A stretch of DNA of 64,000 bases from an uncultured Methanomicrobiaceae archaeon (GCA_963826525.1 CAWGXH010000004.1:832001-896000), one strand, 5' to 3'; shown: positions 1-10,171, counted from the stretch's first letter. The notes: generated by a model not told the origin, from the letters alone. Made by a program: numbers and translations.

Positions 1-121
1 AGACCACCTTCTCGATCTCCGCACCGGCATGCTCTGCTCCTTCCAGAAAAGCGTCGAGAAGCATCTCCGTATTGCCGTGCCGGTGAGGGCTTCCCGATAT
101 GCCGAGCACCGATGCCGTCAT
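1..121 (-). CDS. flavodoxin-family / iron-sulfur flavoprotein (Isf-like), 5' part, runs off window
   Basis: Hand translation MTASVLGISGSPHRHGNTEMLLDAFLEGAEHAGAEIEKVV; GSPxxxGNT FMN loop; ATG overlaps stop of upstream gene (ATGA). Confidence 0.85.
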   Translation of the reverse strand, partial: MTASVLGISGSPHRHGNTEMLLDAFLEGAEHAGAEIEKVV

Positions 122-732
122 TCCGCCTTCATCTCCCGGAGCCGCCGGATGACCTCTTTCCCGAGGTGGTAAGCGTTTTCCCGCGCAGTGGGGTGCCCCT
201 CGATAGCGCCTTTCTCGTCGACGTTCTTCACCAGCAGGTACTCAAGGTCTCTGTTCCTGACCTCGATAACGTTGAAGAAGCACTTGATCGACGGGATTGC
301 CGCATCGAAGACGTAGTCCCAGTCCTGCCCCGCCGTCGAGAGGAATATCCCGATCCGCTTCCCTTTCTTCTCCGGAGGAACGATCGGGAGTTTCAGGACG
401 TACTTCCGCGACCGGAAGACCTGCGTCCTGTCGACGAGCGCCTTTGCCTGGGAGGCGAGCCCCATACAGTAGATGGGGGATGCGAGGACGATGCAGTCCG
501 CCTCGATGATCTTGTCATGGATGACGTCCATGTAATCGCGCTGAACGCATCTATTGAGCTGCTCGCAGGCGTTACATCCGTGACACGGGTGGAGATCGAC
601 ATCGGCGAGTGCGATCTTGTCGATCTCCACGCCGTCTTCTGCGCCCATCGACTCGAGCACCCAGTCCAGAAGCGTCTCCGAGTTGCCGTGGCGCCGTGGG
701 CTTGTGGCGAAGGCAAGCACCTTGATCTGCAT
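118..732 (-). CDS. iron-sulfur flavoprotein (Isf) family
   Basis: MQIKVLAFATSPRRHGNSE, CHGCNACEQLNRC (Cx2Cx2Cx5C), LASPIY; start trimmed to ATG 732. Confidence 0.9.
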   Translation of the reverse strand: MQIKVLAFATSPRRHGNSETLLDWVLESMGAEDGVEIDKIALADVDLHPCHGCNACEQLNRCVQRDYMDVIHDKIIEADCIVLASPIYCMGLASQAKALVDRTQVFRSRKYVLKLPIVPPEKKGKRIGIFLSTAGQDWDYVFDAAIPSIKCFFNVIEVRNRDLEYLLVKNVDEKGAIEGHPTARENAYHLGKEVIRRLREMKAE

Positions 733-866
733 ACTGAATGAATGCTCCGCAGAAGAGAAAAAGAAAGCGGCAGATACTGGCGGCAATCCGGGCTCGACGA
801 GCGATCGGTCCGCCTCAAAGCCCGTTCGCTTCGGTATCTTCGTAGTGGAAAAGTGAAGGGTTGTAG

Positions 867-1514
867 TCAGATCTCCTTGAAGCAGAGGTACCAGTCCTTG
901 CACTCGTACCCCTCTTTCATCCGCTTTTCGGCTTCCTCGGACGTCTTCGGCGCCGGGACAACGACTTTATCACCGGGCTGCCAGTTCGCGGGAGTGGCGA
1001 CGCCGTGTTTGTCCGAGACCTGGAATGCTTTGATGAGCCGGATGATCTCGGGCATATACCGGCCGTTGCTGAGCGGGTAGTAGAGCATGGCCCGCAGAAT
1101 GCCGCGTTCGTCGATGAAGAAGACCGCGCGGACGGCGGCGGTTGAGTTCTCTCCTGGGTGGAGCATGCCGTAGAGCCGCGCCACCTTCATATCGAGGTCT
1201 GCGATGATTGGGAAGGTGATATCGACGCCCATCTTCTCCTTGATGTTCCTGACCCAGGCGAGGTGGGAGTGGACGCTGTCGATGGAGAGGCCGACGAGCT
1301 GCACGTTGAGGCTGGCGAGTTCGTCGGCGATCCCGGCGAACGCCATGAACTCCGTCGTGCAGACCGGTGTGAAGTCGGCGGGGTGGGAGAAGAGCACCAC
1401 CCACTGACCTCGGAGGCTCGAGAGTTTCATCGGGCCGTGCGTCGTCACTGCCTCGAAGTCCGGTGCTTCCTCACCGATCGACGGCAGTTTCTGGCGTACT
1501 TCAGGTTCTTCCAT
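867..1514 (-). CDS. peroxiredoxin (archaeal Prx6 type)
   Basis: FSHPADFTPVCTTE peroxidatic motif; TPANWQPG; C-terminal ECKDWYLC. Confidence 0.95.
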   Translation of the reverse strand: MEEPEVRQKLPSIGEEAPDFEAVTTHGPMKLSSLRGQWVVLFSHPADFTPVCTTEFMAFAGIADELASLNVQLVGLSIDSVHSHLAWVRNIKEKMGVDITFPIIADLDMKVARLYGMLHPGENSTAAVRAVFFIDERGILRAMLYYPLSNGRYMPEIIRLIKAFQVSDKHGVATPANWQPGDKVVVPAPKTSEEAEKRMKEGYECKDWYLCFKEI

Positions 1515-1534
1515 GCTGATCGGGGCCGTCTCCC

Positions 1535-1876
1535 TTACTTGATGTACTCTTCGAGGGCGGTCTTGCCGTAGACGTATGCCGGCATCCCCGCAAGCAGGAA
1601 CGCGACCCGCAGCCCCTCTTCGATCTCTTCCTTCTTCACCCCGAGATTCTGGGCGCCGGCCATCTGTGCGCGGACGGCGTGCCGGTCGCGGAGCGAGGCG
1701 GCGATAGCGATGGCGATGATCTTCTTCGTCTGCCGGGAGAGGGCGCCGTCGTCCCAGATCATCTGATCGAGGCCCATCACCCTGTTGTAGAGATCAGGGT
1801 TCGTATCCTTGAGATCTTTGAAGATCGCGGGAACCTTTCCGATCTTCTCTTCAAGGTCCTTGAGTTTCTCTTCCAT
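1535..1876 (-). CDS. carboxymuconolactone decarboxylase / AhpD-like protein (cysteine-free)
   Basis: GALSRQTKKIIAIAIAA and GVKKEEIEEGLRVAFLLAGMPA CMD-family pattern. Confidence 0.85.
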   Translation of the reverse strand: MEEKLKDLEEKIGKVPAIFKDLKDTNPDLYNRVMGLDQMIWDDGALSRQTKKIIAIAIAASLRDRHAVRAQMAGAQNLGVKKEEIEEGLRVAFLLAGMPAYVYGKTALEEYIK

Positions 1877-1884
1877 TCTTCCAT

Positions 1885-2010
1885 TCACTCCTGCAGTACC
1901 ATCGGCTCGCCGCAGCAGACGAGTTCGCCGCCGCCGACCTCTTTGACTTCGACAACATTTCCGCAGATCTCACAGAGGTAGACCTGCCCTACAGCAGATA
2001 CATTCACCAT
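1885..2010 (-). CDS. desulforedoxin (41 aa, below ORF-track cutoff)
   Basis: [41 protein letters not shown]; CxxC...CC motif; GAGGTGA RBS upstream. Confidence 0.9.
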   Translation of the reverse strand: MVNVSAVGQVYLCEICGNVVEVKEVGGGELVCCGEPMVLQE

Positions 2011-2069
2011 TTCTATCACCTCGTTATACCGGGGGGCGAACCCGCCGTGTAGGCGGGTGCTTGCCCGGG

Positions 2070-2309
2070 TTACTTCTTATAACTTTTCCTCTCGGGGGGG
2101 TGTTGCACGTCTTCGACAGTCTTGATGTCGGGTCTGATGTGCGTCATCGGGAAGCAGTCGTAGGTTTCGCAGGCGCAGGTCGGGCACCTGACGAGATCTT
2201 CATCGACTTTGTCGAGGCGGATCTCCCGGCCGCAGTCGACGCAGATATATCGCCCCGGGCCAGGTTTTTCTCCTGCTTTCACCTGTTTCTTTGCTTCTGT
2301 CTCTGTCAC
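2070..2309 (-). CDS. small zinc-ribbon / rubredoxin-like protein
   Basis: [15 protein letters not shown]...RCPTC. Confidence 0.75.
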   Translation of the reverse strand: MTETEAKKQVKAGEKPGPGRYICVDCGREIRLDKVDEDLVRCPTCACETYDCFPMTHIRPDIKTVEDVQHPPERKSYKK

Positions 2310-2446
2310 TCGGATTCACCGGACCGAAGATGGCTTTCTATTGCATTTATGTGTTGTGGCTATCGGCTCTCCGGTCTCCCTGCCGCTCTGCGGTTAACCG
2401 GGACGACCCGAATGCTATTAATAGGGCATCGGTCGATTCCGTATCT

Positions 2447-3055
2447 ATGCCGCGAAAGATCATTGCACTCCTTGGGAGCCCCCTCATGGAGGGAAATACA
2501 GCAAAACTCCTCGAACAGGCGATCAAGGGGGCGGAGGATGCAGGATGCGAGGTCGAGAAGATCCCGGTCTTTCACCTGCAGTTCAAGCCCTGTATGGAGA
2601 TATTCTACTGCATGGAGCACGAAACCTGTAGAATACAGGATGATATGACCGGCATGTATCAGAAGTTCCGCGATATGGACGGCCTCATCATAGCCACTCC
2701 GGTCATGACGATGGGTATCCCCGGCAAGCTGAAGATGTTCATGGACCGTTTCCAGGTCTTCTACATGGCAAAGTACTTCCGGAATAAATCCTTTATATCA
2801 TCTGAACGGCGCAAAGAACGCAGGATGCTCTTTATCTCCATCTCTGGGATGAGCATCCCGGATGTCTTCGAGGGAGCGAAGATCACGGCCAGAGCATTCG
2901 GTGAGATCATCGACTGCCCGTACTGGGACGAGGTGCTGCAGAACGACATGGATACCATCAGGGATATTACGACGAAACCCGACGTGATGGAGGCGGCATA
3001 CGCGAAGGGCTATGAACTCGGCAGAAGGCTGGTTTCGACGGAGGGGAGCTCCTGA
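2447..3055 (+). CDS. iron-sulfur flavoprotein (Isf)-like, 3-Cys variant
   Basis: MPRKIIALLGSPLMEGNT; CMEIFYCMEHETC; IATPV; LKMFMDR. Confidence 0.85.
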   Translation: MPRKIIALLGSPLMEGNTAKLLEQAIKGAEDAGCEVEKIPVFHLQFKPCMEIFYCMEHETCRIQDDMTGMYQKFRDMDGLIIATPVMTMGIPGKLKMFMDRFQVFYMAKYFRNKSFISSERRKERRMLFISISGMSIPDVFEGAKITARAFGEIIDCPYWDEVLQNDMDTIRDITTKPDVMEAAYAKGYELGRRLVSTEGSS

Positions 3056-3101
3056 CGAACCACGCCGTATGAGCACTCCTCCGATCGGCAGGCGCTATTC
3101 T

Positions 3102-3968
3102 CTACTTCTGCCGCTCCGGTTCGATATGCACGACGACCTCTTTGAGCCCGGATATCTCCTCCCTCATCCGCTCTTCGACCTCGACGGAGAGGCCGTGGGC
3201 ACGGTCGACGGAGATCTGCGGGTCGACCGTGATGTGGATGTCGGCGAAGAGTTCTCCCGGTTTTCCCCGGCACCGAAAGTTGTGGCAGCCCTGCACGCCC
3301 GGGATCGCCATGACAATCCGCCGGACGTCATCCGTATCACAGGGAAGGTTTGCCGAGTCGGCGAGTATCTCCGCGGCGTCGTAGAGGATCGTAAGACCCA
3401 TCTTTGCTATCAGTATCCCGATAGCGAACGCGATGATGGGATCGGCTATCTGGAATCCGAGAAGCACCGCACCGAACCCGGCGAGAACGGAGAGGGAGAC
3501 GTAGATGTCGCTCTTCGTGTGGGTTGCATCGGCGATGAGGATCTCGCTGCCATATCTCTCTCCCATCTGCCGTTCGTACCGGTAGACGATGACGGTGACG
3601 ATAAGCGCCGTGACCATGACCCCGACCGTCACCGGCGTGATATCGGGTGATGCCGGATGCACCAGCCGGTCGTATCCTTCGGATATAATCCAGTACGCCG
3701 TCAGGAGGAGCATGGCTCCGATGACGAGCGTCCCCAGCGTCTCGAACTTGCCGTGGCCGTAGTGGTGCCTGGCGTCGGGTGGGTGGGCGGCGATGGTGAT
3801 GGCGATGAGCCCGACGACGTTTGAGGTCGAGTCGAAGGTGGAGTGGAGTGCGTCGGCGACCATGCTCACCGAGCCTGCCAGGAGCCCGAATACAGCCTTT
3901 ATCACGGCTACGAGAATATTCAGACCGAGTATGAAGAGAAGTGTCCGTTGCACCGGGGTGCTCTGCAT
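3102..3968 (-). CDS. cation diffusion facilitator (FieF-like)
   Basis: SVSMVADALHS, HHYGHGKFE, ADATHTKSD, C-terminal VHIEP. Confidence 0.92.
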   Translation of the reverse strand: MQSTPVQRTLLFILGLNILVAVIKAVFGLLAGSVSMVADALHSTFDSTSNVVGLIAITIAAHPPDARHHYGHGKFETLGTLVIGAMLLLTAYWIISEGYDRLVHPASPDITPVTVGVMVTALIVTVIVYRYERQMGERYGSEILIADATHTKSDIYVSLSVLAGFGAVLLGFQIADPIIAFAIGILIAKMGLTILYDAAEILADSANLPCDTDDVRRIVMAIPGVQGCHNFRCRGKPGELFADIHITVDPQISVDRAHGLSVEVEERMREEISGLKEVVVHIEPERQK

Positions 3969-4087
3969 CGACTGGTAAGATCGCCCTGCACCATATGAGG
4001 GTTTCTGCGCCGCGGCGAGGTGGGACGAATAAGATGCGGTGCAGGAAGGGAAGCCTTTAATACGGTTATCTCTGAAAAGAGATTCTT

Positions 4088-4588
4088 ATGTCCACTGAAG
4101 AGAATGCACAGAATGCGTATGCGGGTGAGTCGCAGGCCAACCGGAAGTATTCGGCATTTGCGGAGAAAGCCGATGCGGAAGGCTATCCGAATGTCGCAAA
4201 ACTCTATCGTGCAGCGTCCGATGCGGAAGCGATCCACGCAAAGCGTCTGCTCTTTATCCTAAACCAGGTCGGTAAGACCGAGGAGAACTTAAAGAAGAGC
4301 ATCGAGGGTGAGAACTACGAGTTCACCACGATGTATCCGGAGTTCGTCGCAGAAGCTAAGGAGGAGCGGAAGAACGAGGCGGCGATCGTCTTTACCCATG
4401 CCATGCGAGCGGAAGAGGTGCATGCAAATCTGTACCTCCAGGCACTTGAGAGCATCAGGAACGGTGGCGACCTCGAGGTGGAGGCTGTCTACCTCTGTCC
4501 GGTCTGCGGCAACATCGAGATCGGTGCGGCACCCGAGAAGTGCCCGATCTGCGGCGTACCACAGCGCATGTTCCGCGAAATAAAGTAA
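4088..4588 (+). CDS. rbr: rubrerythrin
   Basis: AYAGESQANRKY, EAIHA, ENYEFTTMYPEF, EEVHA, CPVCG...CPICG. Confidence 0.95.
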   Translation: MSTEENAQNAYAGESQANRKYSAFAEKADAEGYPNVAKLYRAASDAEAIHAKRLLFILNQVGKTEENLKKSIEGENYEFTTMYPEFVAEAKEERKNEAAIVFTHAMRAEEVHANLYLQALESIRNGGDLEVEAVYLCPVCGNIEIGAAPEKCPICGVPQRMFREIK

Positions 4589-4706
4589 TCATCTCACTTT
4601 TTTCAGGTATTGGGGATAAATCTGCCTCCGGGAAGCATCGAACCCGGAAAATGGGTATGGAACGGTTCGACATCATTAAATAGGGGTCTTGTGATAGATC
4701 CGAACC

Positions 4707-5876
4707 ATGCCATCCGTTGAGCCATCCGTTACGGTCTATTCGACGAAAAACTGTCCTTACTGCCGTATGGTCAAAGCATTCCTCGATAAGCACGGCGTCT
4801 CCTACCGGGGTATCGACGTCGGGGAAGACCGTGAGGCCGCACGGGAGATGATACGACTATCCGGCCAGCGGGGCGTTCCGGTCACGACCATCGGAGACGA
4901 GATGATCGTCGGGTTCGATGCGAGGAGACTCAAGGAGATCTTCGGCACGGAGGTGGCCGATGAAGTATACGACACGATCATCGTCGGTGCAGGCCCTGCA
5001 GGGTTGACGGCTGCGGTCTACTGTGCCCGGAAATTGCTCAAGACCATCGTTATTGCGGAGAATATCGGCGGGCAGGCGACGTGGAGCTGGTCGATCGAGA
5101 ACTATATGGGCTACCGGATGATCACGGGCGAAGAACTCATCAAAAGGTTCGAGGAGCAGGTGCGGGGACTGCATATCAGCCTCGAGCTCGACAGCGTGCA
5201 GGAGATCACGCAGGAGGGCGATCTCTTCCTCATCGGAACGGTCTCGGAGAATCTCTACCGGGCGAAGACGGTCATCATCGCTGCCGGCAAACAGCCGCGG
5301 ATGCTGGGGCTTCCCCAGGAGAGCGCCCTGATGGGGAGGGGCGTGAGCATCTGCGCCACCTGCGATGCCCCGCTCTACAAGGATAAGGCCGTGGCCGTGG
5401 TCGGCGGCGGCAACTCCGCACTCCAGGCAGTGCTCGAACTTGCCGGGATCGCACGGTCAGTAGTGCTGATTGTACGGAGCGCCATCCGGGCCGACGAGGT
5501 CTACCGGAGACAGTGCGAGGAACTCGGGATTCCGATCTACCTGCACCACGATGTGACGGCGCTCTCGGGCGACCAGTTCCTCACCGGCATCACCATCGTT
5601 GATCGGGAGACCGGGAAGGAGACCGAGCTCGCTGTCGACGGCCTGTTCCTCGAGATCGGGCTCGTCCCGAATACCGAGTTCCTGCACGGCTTTGTGGAAC
5701 TGAACGAGAGGCATGAGATCATGGTCGACCAGAACACGCACACGAACAGGGACGGGGTCTACGCGGCCGGCGATGCCACCTGCATCAACGCCAAACAGAT
5801 CATCGTGGCGGCAGGGGACGGAGCCAAAGCGGCGCTTGAGGCGCATGAGTATCTCCTGAGACACCGGGGCGCGTGA
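4707..5876 (+). CDS. glutaredoxin-like domain fused to thioredoxin reductase
   Basis: N-terminal CPYC and GQRGVPV; GAGPAG FAD motif; GVSICATCD; GGGNSA; GVYAAGD. Confidence 0.9.
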   Translation: MPSVEPSVTVYSTKNCPYCRMVKAFLDKHGVSYRGIDVGEDREAAREMIRLSGQRGVPVTTIGDEMIVGFDARRLKEIFGTEVADEVYDTIIVGAGPAGLTAAVYCARKLLKTIVIAENIGGQATWSWSIENYMGYRMITGEELIKRFEEQVRGLHISLELDSVQEITQEGDLFLIGTVSENLYRAKTVIIAAGKQPRMLGLPQESALMGRGVSICATCDAPLYKDKAVAVVGGGNSALQAVLELAGIARSVVLIVRSAIRADEVYRRQCEELGIPIYLHHDVTALSGDQFLTGITIVDRETGKETELAVDGLFLEIGLVPNTEFLHGFVELNERHEIMVDQNTHTNRDGVYAAGDATCINAKQIIVAAGDGAKAALEAHEYLLRHRGA

Positions 5877-5943
5877 TCGGCTCGGCGGCTCCCCGGCACA
5901 CTCATCATCCTGCAGGGTCAACACTGTAGCGGAAGGTGACCGG

Positions 5944-6261
5944 TTGGACGTTCTCTATATCATCACCGAGCTCATCGGTTTTGTCATGCTCGCTCTCGGC
6001 TACCTGATCCGTTTCCGGGGCCAGGTGAATCTGATCGCCGGCTACGACGAGAAAAGGGTGCGGGATCCGGAGGGGCTGGCACGCTTCGTCGGGACGAATC
6101 TCCTGCTGCTCGGCGTCGGTGCATTCGTGGTTCTCGCTCTTGAGTTTCTCTTCCCCGAGTATGCGGTGCTCTTCTTTGTCGTCTACGCCCTCGTCGCGGT
6201 TCCGCTCGTCAGCCTCCTGACCGTGCGTGGTTCGAGCCGCTATGAAAAGCCGGGACAGTGA
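5944..6261 (+). CDS. small membrane protein (DUF3784-like)
   Basis: Three hydrophobic segments; NLIAGY motif. Confidence 0.7.
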   Translation: MDVLYIITELIGFVMLALGYLIRFRGQVNLIAGYDEKRVRDPEGLARFVGTNLLLLGVGAFVVLALEFLFPEYAVLFFVVYALVAVPLVSLLTVRGSSRYEKPGQ

Positions 6262-6287
6262 GCGTCCGGCATGCTAAAAAAGAGAGG

Positions 6288-6798
6288 GTTAGTCGAGCGG
6301 CGGGAGGATACTCGAAGTAGTACGCCCAGTTGCTCCCGCTGAACTGGGATGCGGACGCCGGTATAGTAGCCCTCGAGTCCTGCGCAGCCCATCCATGCGG
6401 TCTCGCTCTCTCCGTTCCGTGAGACGACCGCATGGGCGGCGATATAGATGGTATCGCCTTCTCCGGGGATATCGTCAAGCGGAATCACCTCTTTGACGAT
6501 ATGTCGTTCCGAGGCCTTCCTGCTTGTAGGCGAACTTGCCCGGAATCGGGTTTCCTTTCTTGGTCTGCGGCAGCAGGTCGGGGTCACGTGCGACTGCGAG
6601 GTGCGTCTCGGTGAACTGCCAGCCGTTCTCCGTCTGATACTTCACGATGAGATTGGTGCCGTCGTTCCAGACCCAGACCTTCCCTGCAGGGATGGTCTTA
6701 CCGGCGTTCAGCGACGGTGCGATTGCAGATGCCGTTCCCACCACTGCGCTGACGAGGAGCAGCAGGGCGGCGAGCCGTATAAGGGTGTGCCTGTTCAT
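6288..6798 (-). CDS. secreted hypothetical protein, split across three frames; 3' end approximate
   Basis: Signal peptide MNRHTLIRLAALLLLVSAVVGTASA; segments GNPIPGKFAY, IYIAAHAVV...ETAW and FSGSNWAYYFEY lie in successive frames. Confidence 0.65.
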
Positions 6799-7074
6799 AG
6801 TGTTGTCCCCCCTTGGAACATGCCCGTGAATGCAGGTTGTGTATATAAATCTGCCGCAGGGTTCCAGGGAGCCTGCCCGTTCATGGAGCCCTGTTCGCGC
6901 TGCATGGGCTGCCCGGGTATGCTTATTTCAGAATTATATTATTCTGCGTATATTTCAGAGAATTGCGCTTATTCTCCGTGCGGATAGAGCGCTGAAAAGA
7001 GCGTGGCAGGGGTTTGTTGGAGACCCCCAGCGTTCTGCCCGGGCGGCGAACCGTCTGTCTCCGAAAGTAGGGGG

Positions 7075-8546
7075 TCAGGCTTTCCCGGCGTCCTTCTGCT
7101 CCGCATCCTTCTTCCGGTATCCCTCGAGGAGGAGGGTTGCGAGGTTCTTCACCGGCACGTCGGTGCAGTCGGCGATATGAAACTCGCAGAAGGGACAGAT
7201 GGTGGTGACGACGTCGGCACCGGTCTTTCTGATCTCTTCGTCCCGCTTCGCCCCGAGTGCCGCCGCTTCCTCCGGAACGCCGGAGCGGACGCCGCCACCG
7301 GCCCCGCAGCATTGCGACGGCATCTCCACGAACTCCCGGACGACCTGTCGAAGGAGTTCCCGGGGCTCTTCGCTGTATTCCCTGCCCCCGTAGCAGGTGG
7401 CAGGGGTCGTGGTAGGTGGCGGTGATATCGAGCTTCGCCGGCGGCTCGATGCCGTACTCGGTGAGCACCTCGGAGATGTCCTTCACGACAAAAGGTGTCT
7501 CGTAGTCGTTCTTCAGTGTCGCCCCGCACCCGGCGCAGATGGTCATCACCGTCGTAATACCCCGGCGGACGAATGCGTCGATGTTCTTCTGTTTCAGGGT
7601 CGTCGAGGAATGCCGTCTGCCCGGTGCGGAGGAGGGGAGAGCCGCAGCAGACCTGATCGTGGGGAACGATCACCCGGATGCCGTTCCGTTTCATGACCTC
7701 CATGGCATCAAGCGCTGTTTGCGGCACCCGGCCGTTGAACATGCACCCGACGAAGAACCCCACCTCGCCGCGAACCTCGCCATCAGGCTCGATAACTTCG
7801 GGCACCTGCTCAAGGAACGTCGGCTGCGTCCTGGCGACGCTCCGCCCCGTCTCCTCCACCATCTTCGCCACCTCCTGGTGGCGGGGCAGCGTCAGGCCGC
7901 GGCGGTTTGCGACCTCGCGGAGCTTCTCGATCGCTTTCCCCGGGATATCGATATCCTTCGGACAGACTTCCACGCACCGCTTGCAGGTGGTGCAGAAGAA
8001 GAGTCCCTGCTCGATCGCCTCATCGATCCGATCCTTCGTATCCCGGGGATCGAGGGCGAGCCGCATCTGCTGCCGCAGGATGGTCGGGCCAGCGAACTCT
8101 GAAACCTGCAGTGCCGGGCAGGCAGAGACGCACGATAAACACTCGATGCAGTTTCTGAGCGGTTTTATTGCCTCGATCTCCTTTCTGTCCGGGAGAGCGG
8201 CTCCCTCGCCGGACGAAATCCAGGCTATCTTCCGGAGCACTGGCTCCATATCCACGACGAGGTCTTTCTGCACGGGAAGCGCGAGCGGTTCGATCGTTAT
8301 GCCATCCCGCGCCTCCTCCATGCAGGCGAGCACCGGTGTTCCGTCCACGCGGACGGCGCAGCTGCCGCACTGGCCTGAGCCGCAGCAGTAGCGGTAGGAG
8401 AGCGTCGGGTCATGCTCGTCGCGGATGGCGTGCAGCACGTGGAGCACCCGGGCGCCCTCATTCACCTGCACGGTATAGGTCTCGAAGTAGGGTTCCTGGT
8501 CGACCGCGGGATCGAACCGTGCAACTCTGGCTGTGATCGTCTTCAT
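7075..8546 (-). CDS. tfrB: thiol:fumarate reductase subunit B (2Fe-2S + 4Fe-4S + CCG domains), frameshifted near 7600 and 7375
   Basis: CGSGQCGSC, CIECLSCVSACP, CTTCKRCVEVCP, QVCCGSP, YHDPCHL, QCCGAGGG, TICPFC; downstream of tfrA. Confidence 0.9.
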
Positions 8547-10171
8547 GCCACAACCTCCTTTCGTTCAATCCCCGCATCGTGGAGAGAGATGTAGGTATGG
8601 CCGAACGGGGATGCGGCCGGCTCCCAGGCCGTCGTCACGTCTTTCCTGACGTGAGCGCCCCGGTTCTCTGGCCGGAGCAGGGCGGATCTGACGATCAGGG
8701 ATGCGGTGGTGCACATGTTCCGGACGGTACAGCAGTCGATGATGTTCGCCGGCGAGGCTGCCCGGAGCGGCAGGCTCTCGAGGCGGGTGATCGTGGCGAG
8801 CGCGGCGTTGAGTTCGTCTGCCGTCCGGAAGATCCCGGCGTGGTTCCACATGGCGAGTTTCAACTCGCGCCGCACCACGGCAGGGTTTGCCTCGCCATCG
8901 AGGAACGCGGAGAGCCGGTGTTCCAGGGCAGCGAGCCGGTCGTGATCGACATCCTTCGTCCGCTCCGGCGCCTTTCCGGCAGACTCCCCGGCACGCTTCC
9001 CGAAGACCTGGGTGTCGGCAAGAGCGTTGCCGCCGAGGCGGTTTGCTCCGTGAACGCCGCCGGTAACCTCGCCGCAGGCGTAAAGGCCGGGGATTGTCGT
9101 CCGGCAGTCCGGCGTTATCGCAAGCCCGCCCATAATATGGTGGGCGGTCGGCGCGACGACCATCGGCTCGCGGCGGATATCGACGCCGAAGGCCAGGAAC
9201 TGTTCAAGCATCACCGGCAGGTGGGTCTCGATCTGCTCGGGCGCAAGGTGCGTGACGTCGAGATAGACACCGCCGTAGTCGGTGCCCCGTCCTTCCAGGA
9301 CCTCGGTGGCGATCGCCCGTGCCACCACGTCCCGGGTGGAGAGTTCCATCCGCCCGGGGTCGTACCGCTCCATGAACCGCTCGCCGTGGGTATTCAGCAG
9401 GAATCCCCCTTCTCCCCTGACCGCCTCGGTGACCAGCCGTCCCCGGGCGTCGTAGGGGTAGACCGCTCCTGTCGGGTGGAACTGCACCATCTCCATATCG
9501 ATCAGCTTCGCTCCCGCACGGTAACCGAGGGCGAACCCGTCGCCGGTCCCTGCGGCGGAGTTCGTGGAGATATCATAAGCCTGCGTCCCGCCTCCGGTGG
9601 CAAGGACGGTGCTGTCGGCCAGAATGAGAGTGGGATCGCCGCGCCGGTCGAGAGCAACCGCGCCGGTGACGCTCCCGTCCTGGGTGAGGAGATCGACGAC
9701 GGAGTACTCGTTCAGGACAGTGGTATCCGTACCGTCGAGCCGTTCCATCAGGGTTGCCATGATCTCGTGCCCCGTCCGATCACCGGCATAGCAGGTGCGG
9801 GGGAACCGCTGCCCGCCGAACGGACGCTGGGCAATCATTCGATCGTCGGTGACGTCGAAGACCGCACCCCAGCGGATCAGATCGGCCATCCTCTCGGGTG
9901 CCTCCCGGGCCAGCACCTCCACGAGCGCAGGATCGTTGAGATAGGCACCGCCGCGGAGCGTATCCTCGCGGTGAACCTCGCAGGAGTCCTGATCCCGGAG
10001 CACGGCGTTGTACCCGCCCTCCGCCATCGTCGTGCACCCTCCCTTTCCAGCGATGGTCTTTGAGACCAGCACTACGTCGCCGTAGCGGGATGCCTCGATG
10101 GCGGCACGGACACCCGCACCGCCGCTTCCGATAACCAGAACATGGCACCCTGTAACCTCGCTTGCAAGCAT
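8543..10171 (-). CDS. tfrA: thiol:fumarate reductase flavoprotein subunit A
   Basis: GSGGAG, TTMAEGG, QFHPT, TEAVRGEG, STRDVVAR, AHHIMGG, HGANRLGGNAL. Confidence 0.92.
   Translation of the reverse strand: MLASEVTGCHVLVIGSGGAGVRAAIEASRYGDVVLVSKTIAGKGGCTTMAEGGYNAVLRDQDSCEVHREDTLRGGAYLNDPALVEVLAREAPERMADLIRWGAVFDVTDDRMIAQRPFGGQRFPRTCYAGDRTGHEIMATLMERLDGTDTTVLNEYSVVDLLTQDGSVTGAVALDRRGDPTLILADSTVLATGGGTQAYDISTNSAAGTGDGFALGYRAGAKLIDMEMVQFHPTGAVYPYDARGRLVTEAVRGEGGFLLNTHGERFMERYDPGRMELSTRDVVARAIATEVLEGRGTDYGGVYLDVTHLAPEQIETHLPVMLEQFLAFGVDIRREPMVVAPTAHHIMGGLAITPDCRTTIPGLYACGEVTGGVHGANRLGGNALADTQVFGKRAGESAGKAPERTKDVDHDRLAALEHRLSAFLDGEANPAVVRRELKLAMWNHAGIFRTADELNAALATITRLESLPLRAASPANIIDCCTVRNMCTTASLIVRSALLRPENRGAHVRKDVTTAWEPAASPFGHTYISLHDAGIERKEVVA

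Noticed and set aside
8579-10063. Long antisense ORFs (e.g. 8579-10063, 47558-48817, 59327-60982)
   Set aside because: Shadow ORFs opposite well-supported genes, expected in high-GC DNA; no recognisable motifs.
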